Shown: in pieces, positions 25,000 to 36,095 of the stretch
Position numbering within the stretch: the stretch's first letter is position 1
Layout of the letters: the number at the start of each line of letters is the position of its first letter
Assembly: GCA_963729045.1 (NCBI GenBank)
Contig: CAVSMN010000021.1
Coordinates: forward strand, 32,001-96,000
Direction of reading: 5' to 3'
Length of the DNA: 64,000 nt
Source: an uncultured Nitrososphaeraceae archaeon
GTDB taxonomy: Archaea; Thermoproteota; Nitrososphaeria; Nitrososphaerales; Nitrososphaeraceae
The notes under the pieces: model-generated
The model's input: the letters and a program-made list of their open reading frames with translations, nothing else
Told to the model about the DNA's origin: nothing
Database searches by the model: none
Program-made: the position numbers and the translations under genes

Positions 25000-25215
25000 A
25001 CGAGATTTTATGAAAGGGTATCATTCACTTAGAATAATATTACTTTTAGATGCCCCTATAAAATTTAAATCACCGTAATAACATTGCACTACCACAATCT
25101 AACCATTAAATCAATTTGAGGAATTAAGGTCCCAGAGCTTATTATGGTGAGAACAATTTGAAGAGTGATAGCAGCTTGCTCTATATACTAAATATAATAT
25201 AATTTAGTTTGTCAA

Positions 25216-25609
25216 GTGGAAGAAATGAATTTGGAGGGTAATAGAGTAGTGATGATTTTTTTGGTAAGATCCGATATAAAAATGAGCAAAGGACAAATTG
25301 CAGGTAAAGTAGCAGATGTTACTCAATATGTTATAGAGGAATGCATACAGAGAAAATACATTACATATACAACGTGGAAGAAATTCCATGGTTCTCAAAA
25401 AATTGTCTTAAGGGTAAATTCAGAAAATGAATTTCATGAATTACATTCAAAACTAATTGAGTTATCTCATGAACTCAGTTTTCCAATCAAGATTGTAAAA
25501 GATGATCAAAAAATAAAGATAGTCTGAAAATATGCCCACAGTTTTAGTATTTGGACCCATAAAAAGAAGCAAGGTTGAACATATTGTTGCTGATTTAAAA
25601 TTATTGTGA
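25216..25609 (+). CDS. Divergent peptidyl-tRNA hydrolase 2 (Pth2)-fold protein, frameshift ~25523
   Basis: VRSDIKMSKGQIA, W...GSQKIVLRV..E.E, and after the shift PTVLVFGP...V.HIVADLKLL*. Confidence 0.8.
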
Positions 25610-25773
25610 ATTGCTATAATAATAAATTATTACTCTCGTACGACGCAATGTGCTTAGATAGATTTACCTATTCAATTATATTTTGTTATAGATTGATGAC
25701 CTTCTTGTAATGGTTCCCTTGTATAACAAGGCCCAAGTCAAAATCTGTTTTTTAACCCATTGTTTGTTGCTCG

Positions 25774-25818
25774 ACTCATAGAGATATCCATATGATTTCC
25801 ACCGAACACGATACCTAT
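25774..25818 (+). repeat. Dispersed motif copy (modules A+C)
   Basis: ACTCATAGAGATATCCATATGATTTCCACCGAACACGATACCTAT. Confidence 0.9.
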
Positions 25819-25924
25819 CCATGGTAGCTATTGGACATTCTTTTGTTGATAATGCAAACGAGAGTATTGATACGCTGAATTATGTTATGAATCTACTTAT
25901 GACTATTCTTATAATTACTTAATA

Positions 25925-26455
25925 TTATTGAAGAGGATTTTCTATTTCATTTTTCGTATAGATCTTAAACATTCTTTTGATTTCATCTCTCATTCCTTCC
26001 GGTACTTCATAATAGACTATTATCTGTAAGGAATTGTTTGGTAGACTGTGAGATTGAGAGCCATGAGTTTTTCCTTTGAATTCTTTTATTAAATCAGATA
26101 GCGTCTCATAATGTGTTATGATCGTATCGGGTGACCCTTCTAGTATTTCCACAGAGTTATCCATCGGCTGTTTGTTGTTTGAGTTAGGCCATGATTTTTT
26201 ATAATTGTAATTATTCTTACTGCTATAATTATTCTGGAAATCATTTTTGTAAAGCGTGGGCTTTGACGAGATATTATTGTCAATTGTTCCTGCACCTGCC
26301 GATTTATTGCTATAGATTGCTCTGTTTGGACAAAAATGTTTCTTCTTTGTTAGAACCTCTGAATATTCGCTATTTAGGGTATTCCAGTAAATTTTGGTGT
26401 TACAACCATAGACACAATATTTTGAATTAGTGTTGGAGACCTCGGATGAACTCAT
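25925..26455 (-). CDS. Hypothetical protein with N-terminal CxxxC..HxC motif
   Basis: Intact 176-aa ORF containing YCVYGC...KHFCPN. Confidence 0.65.
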   Translation of the reverse strand: MSSSEVSNTNSKYCVYGCNTKIYWNTLNSEYSEVLTKKKHFCPNRAIYSNKSAGAGTIDNNISSKPTLYKNDFQNNYSSKNNYNYKKSWPNSNNKQPMDNSVEILEGSPDTIITHYETLSDLIKEFKGKTHGSQSHSLPNNSLQIIVYYEVPEGMRDEIKRMFKIYTKNEIENPLQ

Positions 26456-26659
26456 CTAAATAATTATACTTTTTAGTTAATATATATTACGCTGTGTAAC
26501 AATAGGTAATTTATCAAGATATTTTCATTATTGAAGTTACGGACTTTGACGAATTAATTACTATTATGTTTCGTTAAGTCATTAATCATACTGAAGACCA
26601 TTATTTTAATAACCCTCTCATGATCAATATGGAATGTTTTCTGTCTCAAATAAGTAAGA

Positions 26660-26837
26660 CCTACCTTCTGCAACAGGAACTGATGTCGTAGGTCACTACA
26701 CGCAGATGGTATGGAAATCTACAACTGAGGTTGGTTGAGGGACCGCCAGCGGTGGGCCAGATGACTCCAATGGGTGGGACATTCTAGTTTGTCGCTATAG
26801 CCCACCGGGCAACTACATGGGGCAAGCACCGTATTAG
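26660..26837 (+). pseudogene. CAP/SCP (PR-1-like) domain C-terminal fragment
   Basis: GHYTQMVWKSTTEVG*GTASG...DILVCRYSPPGNYMGQAPY*. TGA sits at the conserved Cys (26736-26738) and the 5' half is missing. Confidence 0.85.
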
Positions 26838-27245
26838 GAGAGTTTTTCCTGTCACTATAAATATCCCACTATCACTCTGTACCAAGATCACGAACGGAGT
26901 TGCTCCAAACAAAATAAGCAATGATTGATGAGAAGAGGTAAACAATCCTATATGCACACAACTATTAGGATCAAACATCCTTTTTGGTTCGAATAAAGGT
27001 TGATCGAGAATATAATTATTCCTGTTGAAGATATACGATAATTAAGAGGATTGCAAATATTATCAGAGAAACAAAAATAGTAGAATGCTCTTAATTTATA
27101 TCGAGTTTATTTTGTAGAAAACTATGAAAGTAGATATTTAACTGAGCCAGGGTCCTAATTTTATTTTGATGATTTTGTTCTATAATACCAACCCAATTAG
27201 ATTAATATCATATCATCTGTTTTACTCTATTAGGATCATGGTTTT

Positions 27246-27448
27246 CTATTGTGCGATTGTAATATTTCCTACAGGTAGTGTACGATTAGAAAGTTCTAAA
27301 GGCGAATTAGATTCATGCACTAGGGGTTCACCCGGATCTGCAATTGCAAGTGGCTCTCCATTTACGGCTGTTGGGTACAATGTGAAAATCCTAATATTGA
27401 AAAACTAACCATTATGACGGCTACCAAAAATACCTTAAGTACATCCAT
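27246..27448 (-). CDS. Small secreted protein (1-nt indel; not in ORF track)
   Basis: MDVLKVFLVAVIMVSFSILGF..TLYPTAVNGEPLAIADPGEPLVHESNSPLELSNRTLPVGNITIAQ*. Confidence 0.45.
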
Positions 27449-28107
27449 GTTCCTATAACTTTAGCACGAGTATTATAACATATATATTTCTTTATCTGTA
27501 TGATTTCAATGTTGTCATTTGATATATCAATACCTAACCATTTAGTGAATGACGTGTTAGTATAATTCATAACTTCAAAAAATAGAATTCATCTCAAATT
27601 TGCATACTTATGAATTTCATTGTATAACACTAGTTAACAATGTAATTATAAATTTTGTATGACCTCATATATTTACATAAATTTTATCATAAATATGAAA
27701 GCCGTGACAAACTTGGTGATATTGCAGTTGCTACTTCAGTTAAATATCTCAAAAACAGATAAATCGAATATACATGGAATAGATTTTTACTATTCAGGAT
27801 TACATTTTCCAAGGATTGATGAAAGTACCTTGCTTTTGCTATGATCTCTTATCCACCAACAAACTTGATCAAGTAGATGATTATCTAAATATGATTGACA
27901 ACCTTTTGGATCAATTTGATATGATGATCAATAAAACAAAATAGAATTGCCAATTAATTAATAGAATGTTCTATTTGTTCTAATCTTTTATAATAGTCTT
28001 GACATAAAAAACTGATGTGGGATTCGCGATATTAAGCTCTAGTAAAAACCTGAGTTGATCTTGGCCTTCTAAATTCAAAATCCATTAATATTGTTATAAT
28101 AGGCCCT

Positions 28108-28332
28108 TTGATGAATTCGAAAATCATTGCCACAATCGTAATTATTTCAATGTTTGCAGGCTTTGCAGCCTTAGTCGGCCAAATATCTCAACAGGCTTCT
28201 GCCGCTTCTATTCCTTGTGATAGCAAAGGGTCAAGTGGTCAAGGAGCTACACATTGTAACTTTGGAGATTGTAAGGTATTAATTACACCAAGTGATAAAA
28301 TAAATAAATACTCAAATAGCAAATGCAGATAA
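28108..28332 (+). CDS. Small secreted Cys-containing protein
   Basis: Signal peptide ending QASA, 4 Cys in the mature part, T-tract downstream. Confidence 0.65.
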   Translation: MMNSKIIATIVIISMFAGFAALVGQISQQASAASIPCDSKGSSGQGATHCNFGDCKVLITPSDKINKYSNSKCR

Positions 28333-28578
28333 TACCTACAATGATCAGCTATTGTATGTATAGCCTTTTTTTATTACACCAAAATTAAAATTGGGTTAAG
28401 AGTACATTATCAAGATATTTTATTATCGTTTTTGTGCCTGTAAATATGAGATTTCATTATTTGACAATATGATAACAACAAAAGGTCAAAATAAAAATAA
28501 GTTTTGCTAGTAATAAAATCAAATATTCTCAGATTATCAATCCATTTACCGGACTGACTCCAGTTAGAAAAACCTATT

Positions 28579-28713
28579 AAACCCATGTGGATCTCCTAAT
28601 GATTTCCACCGAACCCTTATACCATAGGAACTTAATCCCACTGAACCCGCTAGCTGTTTTACTATTATTGAGTGATAGAAATGGGTCAAATTTGTTTTAC
28701 ATACCACCGAGCC
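28579..28713 (+). repeat. Dispersed motif cluster (modules A+B, then D)
   Basis: Cores CCACCGAAC at 28606, CCACTGAAC at 28638 and CCACCGAGC at 28704. Confidence 0.9.
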
Positions 28714-29026
28714 TGTTATGTTATTGTTCCTTTTTCAGAACTTTATCCCAATAACCAGAGAAAGGTAGATTGATAGAAATAGAATACAGTGATCAATATT
28801 CAATGATCCTGTTTGCAATGCGGACATCCAAAACTTGAGAAAAATGCGTAGGAGGATTAAATATGTTCATTGACATTGTGGATAATCTTCCTGGGAAACA
28901 GGTACAAAAATGCGTCAGGAGGTATGAGATGAGTCTATACTAATTATCAAGTTATATATAACGATAATACATAGAATTGGGATTTATTACCAATATATTT
29001 AATAGGATCCATTACGATACTAAAGT

Positions 29027-29323
29027 ATGGTTTTTAAAGTTATTATCAGACACCCAAGTGAAGATGATGATGAACACACTTATTATGGGATAGTTTTTCC
29101 CAACCGAGACATAGGGCAAATAAAGCGACTTGGATTTGATGCACCTGATAAACTGAAGGCTACGTTTACTTTTGATTCGGATAAAGTAAAACCAGGAGAA
29201 CATTTTCTAGCTATACTAGTACCAGTTAACGAAAGTGAAATTACGGAAAGCACTTGCGGCTTGCTTGCATGTAAGATGGGAACGAACTCAGATAAACCTA
29301 TGCCAGAAGTAGTTGATTTCTAA
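29027..29323 (+). CDS. Hypothetical protein
   Basis: Intact 98-aa ORF with a TATA-like element upstream; sits alone between two dispersed-motif copies. Confidence 0.6.
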   Translation: MVFKVIIRHPSEDDDEHTYYGIVFPNRDIGQIKRLGFDAPDKLKATFTFDSDKVKPGEHFLAILVPVNESEITESTCGLLACKMGTNSDKPMPEVVDF

Positions 29324-29496
29324 ATATTTATTAGAAACAACAGAAAAATCCAGCCATTTGGTTTATCCTTTGAGTCAAACAAACTCTAAGAATTTTTAAA
29401 CTCATCGATACTGAAATTAAATTCACTTTTCTGAGCCTTATCTTTTTCATCCATATGAAGAAACTTGATTTAATAATTAGACTAATTTCAAGGAGT

Positions 29497-29531
29497 AACT
29501 CATGTGGAAATTCTCATGATATATACCGAAC
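29497..29531 (+). repeat. Dispersed motif copy (module A)
   Basis: AACTCATGTGGAAATTCTCATGATATATACCGAAC. Confidence 0.8.
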
Positions 29532-29599
29532 GTGCCACATGTTTTGGTAACGATGTAATATAATAGTCACTGGCACGACGGATTTAGAGATTGACGATG

Positions 29600-29830
29600 G
29601 ACAGACCTGGGCAGACGAAGTGTGGTTGCCGAAAAGTAAGATTATCAAGATGCACCGTTCTAGACTATGGGCTGGAACGGTGCTCCCGGTCATTATGCTA
29701 ATAGGGTCTGGCGGACTACGATCGAGGTTGGTTGTGCGACTGCCCATAGTGATATACTGTGGTTCCCGTTTCTGGTGTTTCGCTACACCCCGACGGACAA
29801 CATCTTTGGGCAGCCAGTGTATTGGAAAAG
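29600..29830 (+). pseudogene. Second CAP/SCP domain C-terminal fragment
   Basis: GHYANRVWRTTIEVGCATA...LVFRYTPTDNIFGQPVY; visibly GC-richer than its flanks. Confidence 0.75.
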
Positions 29831-30084
29831 CCTTGTTCCAATCGCGGTAAGTATCTATCTATCACTATCTGCCAAGACCCTGATAAAGTTGCTCCAAGCA
29901 ACATATACCCTATTAAACTAAGGATAGGTAGAATCTTAATCATCTCCATCTTTACCCTATTCCCCTACTTCCTCCGCTGTCCCCTTCCCCAGTAGTCGTA
30001 TAAGGAGATACTATGGATTCACTGTTATAATATATGGTAACCATATTTTATCAGTTCAATCCATTCTTTATATTCTCATAGGCA

Positions 30085-30709
30085 TTAATGCCCATGTTCA
30101 GGTGGATTATTACCATAAATGTTTAATGTCCCTGTACCATTATTATATTGATAAAACGATGCAACCGGTCCAGGATAAACCTTATTGTTTACAGTTATTG
30201 GTGTATATTTGCTAATTCCTTGATATAATTGACCATTATTTTCCTTTGTAATGTTACTCACACTAAAAACTCGACTTATTTCTTCAATGTTTTGTGAATT
30301 ATTTTTTTGTAAATCAGCCAATTCTAAATGAGAATGATGGAAAAATGCTAATATTTGAAATAATCACTTTGTTATTTTCTGAGTTGAACAATGGATGTTG
30401 GTCTATCCTTTGATTTCCACTTTCATTCACTAGAACCGTGACACTTCCGTTTGTAGGGTTGTATCGCTCTCCTGTAGAACTATACCCTCCAGGATCCTTG
30501 ATTGTTTGCATGGTAATAGATAGGTAAGGCTTATTTACCGTATTTGCATCAGGAATTTGAGTTGCATTTTCAACCGAAGATATTGTCGTGTTTCGTTGTT
30601 GCGAATATGATTTGTGAATAATAGGAATGCCACCATAAATCACACAAACAGTTGTTAGAAATATTGATACAACACATATACATAACCAACTATTAAAAGT
30701 TCTATCCAT
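30085..30709 (-). CDS. Secreted hypothetical protein, frameshift ~30320
   Basis: Two overlapping ORFs; N-terminal signal/TM ending SYSQ. Confidence 0.55.
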
Positions 30710-30896
30710 TGTTAATATGATGATTACCTAGTAAAATACTTTAAAGGTCGTCTATTCATACGATGATTTCAAATACTTTAGAAATCATAGTCGATTATGT
30801 TATTAAAAATGGCTTTCGAGTCAAATATATGTGCGATGCAGCTGAAGTCTATTTTTCGATTATAAGTTTGTACATATCCCTTACCTTATTGAATTG

Positions 30897-30934
30897 ACTC
30901 ATCTTAATATCCTCATGATTTCCACATGACCTGC
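30897..30934 (+). repeat. Dispersed motif copy (module A)
   Basis: ACTCATCTTAATATCCTCATGATTTCCACATGACCTGC. Confidence 0.75.
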
Positions 30935-31031
30935 TTAGAAATACACACTAATATAACAGACCTAGGACTAGCAAGTCAAAATCGCAATGTTAACTTGTCA
31001 AGTAAATCTATAGTAGTTTTCGTGTGCTGGA

Positions 31032-31898
31032 TCATTGTTTTTCACCCACTATACATATAGCTTCATTATCTAAAACTATGGAATCTGTATTATTTTTTAC
31101 ATATTTTGTTGCTGCTTCTGTAACTGCTTTCCATATCTGTTCTTTGCGATCTAAAGTTTGATCGGCTAACATTGCAAGAACCGGAGCGGCTATATCTTTA
31201 GTGAAATTTGTGTATTCTTCAGCAGAATCAAACTCAAAGGTTACATTAATCCGTTCAATCTCGATATCTTTGAATCCACACCTGATAAAAGAATTCTTGA
31301 GAATTGTTTCATCAGCTAGACTATATGGTCCCGGTGTTCTACGAGAAGATGGTGATGGAATATTAAGTTCCTTTCTTACAGTATCCATAGCCAACGCAAG
31401 TTGAGGAACTTTCTCTGATGTTGCCCAGACACTAGCCGCAAAACGCCCACCGGTTACCAATGATTTATAGATATTAGATAATCCTGAGTCGAGCTCGTCT
31501 AAAAACATCAATCCCAATCTACATAATGCCGCGTCAAAATTTGATTCGGGTAAGTCAATCGTTGCTGCATCACCTTCTTTAAAGTCAATTATTCCTTCCA
31601 AGTGCTCTGCGATGGCCCTCTTTTTTGCTATTGACAACATTTGTAATGATATGTCTGTAGCCAACACATGACCACTGGTACCCACGCATTTAGCTACAGC
31701 AATTGCGGGTTCTCCTATCCCAGTCGCTATATCAAGAACTTTTGAAGCTGGTTTTATTTTTGCCATATCTATTAATTTGTCACTCATTTTATAAGCACCA
31801 TTTTCAAATGTCTTATACCACTTTTCCCACCCTGCAGCTACACTTTCCCAATCTTGACGTTGATCTCGTCTCAATTGATCCACATCTGAATTAGGCAT
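31032..31898 (-). CDS. Class I SAM-dependent methyltransferase (UbiE-like)
   Basis: VLDIATGIGEP motif I, ATDIS..ML, EGDA, FDAALCRLGLMF. Confidence 0.93.
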   Translation of the reverse strand: MPNSDVDQLRRDQRQDWESVAAGWEKWYKTFENGAYKMSDKLIDMAKIKPASKVLDIATGIGEPAIAVAKCVGTSGHVLATDISLQMLSIAKKRAIAEHLEGIIDFKEGDAATIDLPESNFDAALCRLGLMFLDELDSGLSNIYKSLVTGGRFAASVWATSEKVPQLALAMDTVRKELNIPSPSSRRTPGPYSLADETILKNSFIRCGFKDIEIERINVTFEFDSAEEYTNFTKDIAAPVLAMLADQTLDRKEQIWKAVTEAATKYVKNNTDSIVLDNEAICIVGEKQ

Positions 31899-32060
31899 AT
31901 TATCTTAACTCTATCGATCACATTATTATTTTTTAATTGTATTGACTTTAAGGATCAATTTGACTTGGCAAAATTAATAAAACCTAAGCTGATCCGTCTT
32001 TGCATAAATTCTAATCGATGATCTAAAGACTACCGAATTACTCTATCTATTATTTAGAAG

Positions 32061-32088
32061 TGTGGATATCTCATTATTTTCACCGAAC
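32061..32088 (+). repeat. Dispersed motif copy (module A)
   Basis: TGTGGATATCTCATTATTTTCACCGAAC. Confidence 0.75.
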
Positions 32089-32257
32089 ACCCTTAGGCCT
32101 ATACAATAATATATCAAATTTGGACTATATGTATTGTATATTAATTACAGAAATCTGGCCCATCACCATATCAAAATTTTGTATGCATTAAAATCAAAAG
32201 AGGTTAAACGACAGTATTCGATGATGCTTTCATGATTTTAGTAGGTTATGTTTCATA

Positions 32258-32610
32258 ATGCTTCAAAAAAAGAAGTATACTGATACAATGGAAACTTACA
32301 ACATCAGAAATATTCAAATCCTTCTCTCATTTATTGAACCAGACATAGAGAAATCCGGTCTTGAATCAAAACTTGGAGCCTATGATAAAGTAACTGAATT
32401 TGATTTTGTTTTACTTTATCCAAATATCGTTTTAAAGAAAAACATATCGTCTGACACTATTAACTAGTGATTGTTGTGAGTTAGAATCAAATAACAAGGT
32501 CCCAGAATTGGAACACATATTTCAATTCTGAACAAAAAGAAAAGGTATAGTGCCACTATTTTTGAGGACGATTTTAGAAAGAGGACTGGAAATATAAAAA
32601 AGAAAATATA
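32258..32610 (+). pseudogene. Internal fragment of a family B DNA polymerase (PolB2-like)
   Basis: LGAYDKVTEFDFVLLYPNIVLKKNISSDTIN is a decayed motif A (DFxSLYP..NIS), followed by DCCE..NKVPEL..KRKGIVP with stops. Confidence 0.75.
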
Positions 32611-32680
32611 TGACAAATTTCTACTCGAATTAGTAATCATATACATGACTTTATATACCCATATTCGTAATAAGTGCTGA

Positions 32681-34511
32681 ATGAGTAGCATTATCTAATG
32701 TAAATACTCTGTCTTTAGTTATAGTTTCAATATCATTCATTTTACTTTTAGGTCCAACTTCAATGACCATGAATGTATTTGCTACAACCAATACAGCCAA
32801 TCAAGGCATAGGCCAATCACAATCTGCAATCCAACTTGGTGTTTGTGTATCGGGGAACGGTACACTTTTTTCGTGTAATAATTCGAATACACAAAACCAA
32901 GCAAACACTGGAAACAACGCATTAGTACAACAAGGTGGCAGTGGTAGTGGTGGCAATTCAGCCAATCAAGGCATAGGCCAATCACAAACCTCCAACCAAG
33001 GTAGTGGCGTAGCCTCTGGTGGCAACACTACTAATTCTGGAAACAACGCAAATACTCAAAACCAGACTAACACTGGAAACAACGCAGCAGCTCAAAGTGG
33101 CGGTAGTGGTAGTGGTGGCAATTCAGCCAACCAAGGCATAGGCCAATCACAAACCTCCAACCAAGGTAGTGGCGTAGTATCTGGTGGCAACACTGCTGGT
33201 TCCGGAAACAACGCAAACACACAAACTCAAAATAATACCGGTAGTAACGCTGTCGGACAACAAGGTGGCAGTGGTAGTGGTGGCAATTCAGCCAATCAAG
33301 GCATAGGCCAATCACAAACCTCCAACCAAGGTAGTGGCGTAGTATCTGGTGGCAACACAACTGATTCTGGAAACAACGCAAATACTCAAAGTCAAACAAA
33401 CACTGGAAACAACGCAGCAGCTCAACAAGGTGGTAGTGGTAGTGGTGGCAATTCAGCCAACCAAGGCATAGGCCAATCACAAACCTCCAACCAAGGTAGT
33501 GGCGTAGCCTCTGGTGGCAATACTGCTGGTTCCGGAAACAACGCAAATACTCAAACTCAAAATAATACCGGTAGTAACGCTGTCGGACAACAAGGTGGCA
33601 GTGGTAGTGGTGGCAATTCAGCCAATCAAGGCATAGGCCAATCACAATCCTCTAACCAAAACGCACAATGTGTTTCTGGTGGAAATACCGCAAATTCATG
33701 TAATAACACAAGTACTCAAAACCAAGCAAATAGTGGAAACAACGCAGCAGCTCAAAGTGGTGGCAGTGGTAGTGGTGGCAATTCAGCCAATCAAGGCATA
33801 GGCCAATCACAATCCTCTAACCAAAACGCACAATGTGTTGGTGGCGGAAACGTAGCTGATTCATGTAATAACACCAGTACTCAAAACCAAGCAAACAGCG
33901 GAAGCAATGCAGTAGGACAACAAGGTGGCAGTGGTAGTGGTGGCAATTCAGTGCCAATCAAGGCATAGGCCAATCACAATCCTCTAACCAAAACGCACAA
34001 TGTGTAGCAGGCGGCTCCTTAAGCAATTCATGCAGTAACAAAAATACACAAAGTCAAACAAACACTGGAAACAACGCAGCAGCTCAAAGTGGCGGTAGTG
34101 GTAGTGGTGGCAATTCAGCCAATCAAGGCATAGGCCAATCACAATCCTCTAACCAAAACGCACAATGTGTTTCTGGTAAAGATGCTATAGTATCTTGTGA
34201 CAATGAAAACTTCCAAAAACAAGTAAATAGTGGAAGCAACGCATTAGTACAACAAGGTGGCACGGGGTAACACTGCTAACCAAGGCATAGGACAATCACA
34301 AACATCCAACCAAGGTAGTGGCGCAGCATCTGGTGGCGACACAACTGATTCTGCAACCAGCGCAAACTCACAAAGTCAAGACAACAGTGGAAGCAATGCA
34401 GCAGCACAACAAGGAGGTAACGATGATATTGATAGCGGTGATAGCGGTGATAGCGGTGATAGCGGTGATAGCGGTGATAGCGGTGATGATGGAGGAAATT
34501 CATCTGACTGA
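32681..34511 (+). CDS. Secreted Gln/Asn/Gly/Ser-rich 55-aa repeat protein with acidic DSG tail (frameshifts ~32700-32750, ~33951, ~34262)
   Basis: Signal-like segment ending NVFA. The 165-nt repeats continue through the ORF breaks. Confidence 0.8.
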
Positions 34512-34575
34512 GGCATAAGCCAATCACAAACCTCCAACCAATACAGTGGCGCAGCATCTGGTAGCGTAACAACTA
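32790..34575 (+). repeat. 165-nt tandem repeat, about 11 units
   Basis: GGCATAGGCCAATCACAA-type anchor at ~32805, 32970, 33135, 33300, 33465, 33630, 33795, 33962, 34127, 34285, 34512. Confidence 0.92.
34431..34484 (+). repeat. (GATAGCGGT)x6 microsatellite encoding (Asp-Ser-Gly)6
   Basis: Perfect 9-nt tandem repeat. Confidence 0.95.
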
Positions 34576-35048
34576 ATTCTAGAAAAGACTTTATGATGCT
34601 GTGACCCTTATTCATCACATCAATATTTTCAATACTTTTGTTTCTGCCTAGGAAAGAAATACCGAAGTTGATTTTGAAATATTTGATAATATAACTGCTG
34701 GCGTTCCTTTCAGGATATCCCAAATATAAGTGATAAAGATGTTTAGACCAGAAGAGAAGGATTACCTAATGAAGGAATATTCTTAAATCAAAGGAGATAG
34801 TGAGACAACATCTGTCACTATTGAATAGGTTTTCGAATTTTTTGAATTTGGAGGATGTCTTGATGAAAGGTGATATCAACTTGTAAATCTTACTGGAAAC
34901 GACTCCGAATTACTCCTGAATACAAAACCACAAAAAAGATTGCAACTTCAACATTCGAGATATGCTATTTTACTATTTACCGACTCAGTTTCTGTTAACA
35001 TAGGACTATGCTGACCTCTTTTGATATTTCTTTGGTACTATTCCCTTG

Positions 35049-35618
35049 TCACTTTTCTAACGATGTATCTATTGTAAGTGTATTAGATACCTTTTCTGAA
35101 CCTTGAGTATTAGTCAAATAAACTTCCGCTTTGATTTTTTGTATTGATTTATCTGTAAAAGAAGTTGCAAATTGAATTATGCCTGATTGACCAACTACGT
35201 ATCCTTTTTGAATAGATGATGTTTTTAAAGGAGTTCCATCAGACAAATACACTTTCATAGTTCCTTTCATAGGGGTGTTTACCAATGATTGGTCATTTGT
35301 TTGATAATTAACAAGAACCTTAAGCTGATTAAAATTACTATCTGTCAGAGGAGCAAACTTTGCAGAGTCTAGTTGAATTGTTATCTTGTCCTGTGAGGTT
35401 GGAATATCAACCTTTTGTTGGGCTTGTGCGTATACATCGTTAATAATTCCAAAATTCTCACTATTTATGACAACAGATAGCGAAATTATCAACGTAATTG
35501 CAATAGTGATGATAGCAATTTTCGGGTTTGGGATAAAAATAAGCCGGTTGCAATTCTTGTCTATGGAGTTTATGGTTCTCATTAATACGTTTGATATACA
35601 TTCTACATTTACAGACAT
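35049..35618 (-). CDS. Secreted/membrane-anchored hypothetical protein
   Basis: Intact 189-aa ORF; hydrophobic helix followed by VYAQ cleavage-like site. Confidence 0.65.
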   Translation of the reverse strand: MSVNVECISNVLMRTINSIDKNCNRLIFIPNPKIAIITIAITLIISLSVVINSENFGIINDVYAQAQQKVDIPTSQDKITIQLDSAKFAPLTDSNFNQLKVLVNYQTNDQSLVNTPMKGTMKVYLSDGTPLKTSSIQKGYVVGQSGIIQFATSFTDKSIQKIKAEVYLTNTQGSEKVSNTLTIDTSLEK

Positions 35619-35981
35619 TAAATTAAGAGTAATACTATATTATATAGCCAATAATGCAAATATATAATTAAACATAATTAGAACAAAAAGAGATCGTCCT
35701 TTTTTCTTTTATTTTCTTCTCTTCAGGTATTATGGTTTTAAGATATTTAACAATTAATCAATTGCATTGATTCGTATTTCTATGCAGAATTTCATTCATA
35801 AAATAATCTACCAATCCTTTGAAAATATCTCATCTTGATAAAAATAGTGCTTTCTAGATAATTACAAATCTACTAGTACACATAGATATCAGTTAACAAT
35901 TATTAGTGACTGCTTGGTTTAATCCAAAATAACTATGTTATCATATTGAAATAAAAAATAGAAAATCAATAGGGGATTAAA

Positions 35982-36095
35982 TTAAAGCTTGCTTCGTATA
36001 ACCTGAAATATTCTTTTTCTAGCTAATATGCCCACAGAAATTGATATAAACAGTACCCATAGACCTACCATCGTGGATTCTGAATACTCTATCAC
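35982..36095 (-). CDS. Putative 37-aa single-TM protein (GTG start)
   Basis: MIEYSESTMVGLWVLFISISVGILARKRIFQVIRSKL*: TM helix followed by a basic tail, with a TATA-like sequence ~25 nt upstream. Confidence 0.4.
   Translation of the reverse strand: MIEYSESTMVGLWVLFISISVGILARKRIFQVIRSKL

Noticed and set aside
26736..26738. Selenocysteine TGA at a conserved CAP Cys
   Set aside because: It lies in a 5'-truncated fragment with no start or evident SECIS; TGY to TGA decay is simpler.
28579..28713. CRISPR mini-array (32-bp periodic cores)
   Set aside because: Only 2-3 short cores, the intervening sequences recur elsewhere instead of being unique spacers, and there are no cas genes.
33067..34723. 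Cys/His/Tyr-rich ORFs 33067..33645, 34276..34572, 34318..34518 and 34376..34723
   Set aside because: Antisense or alternate-frame shadows of the 165-nt and 9-nt repeats.
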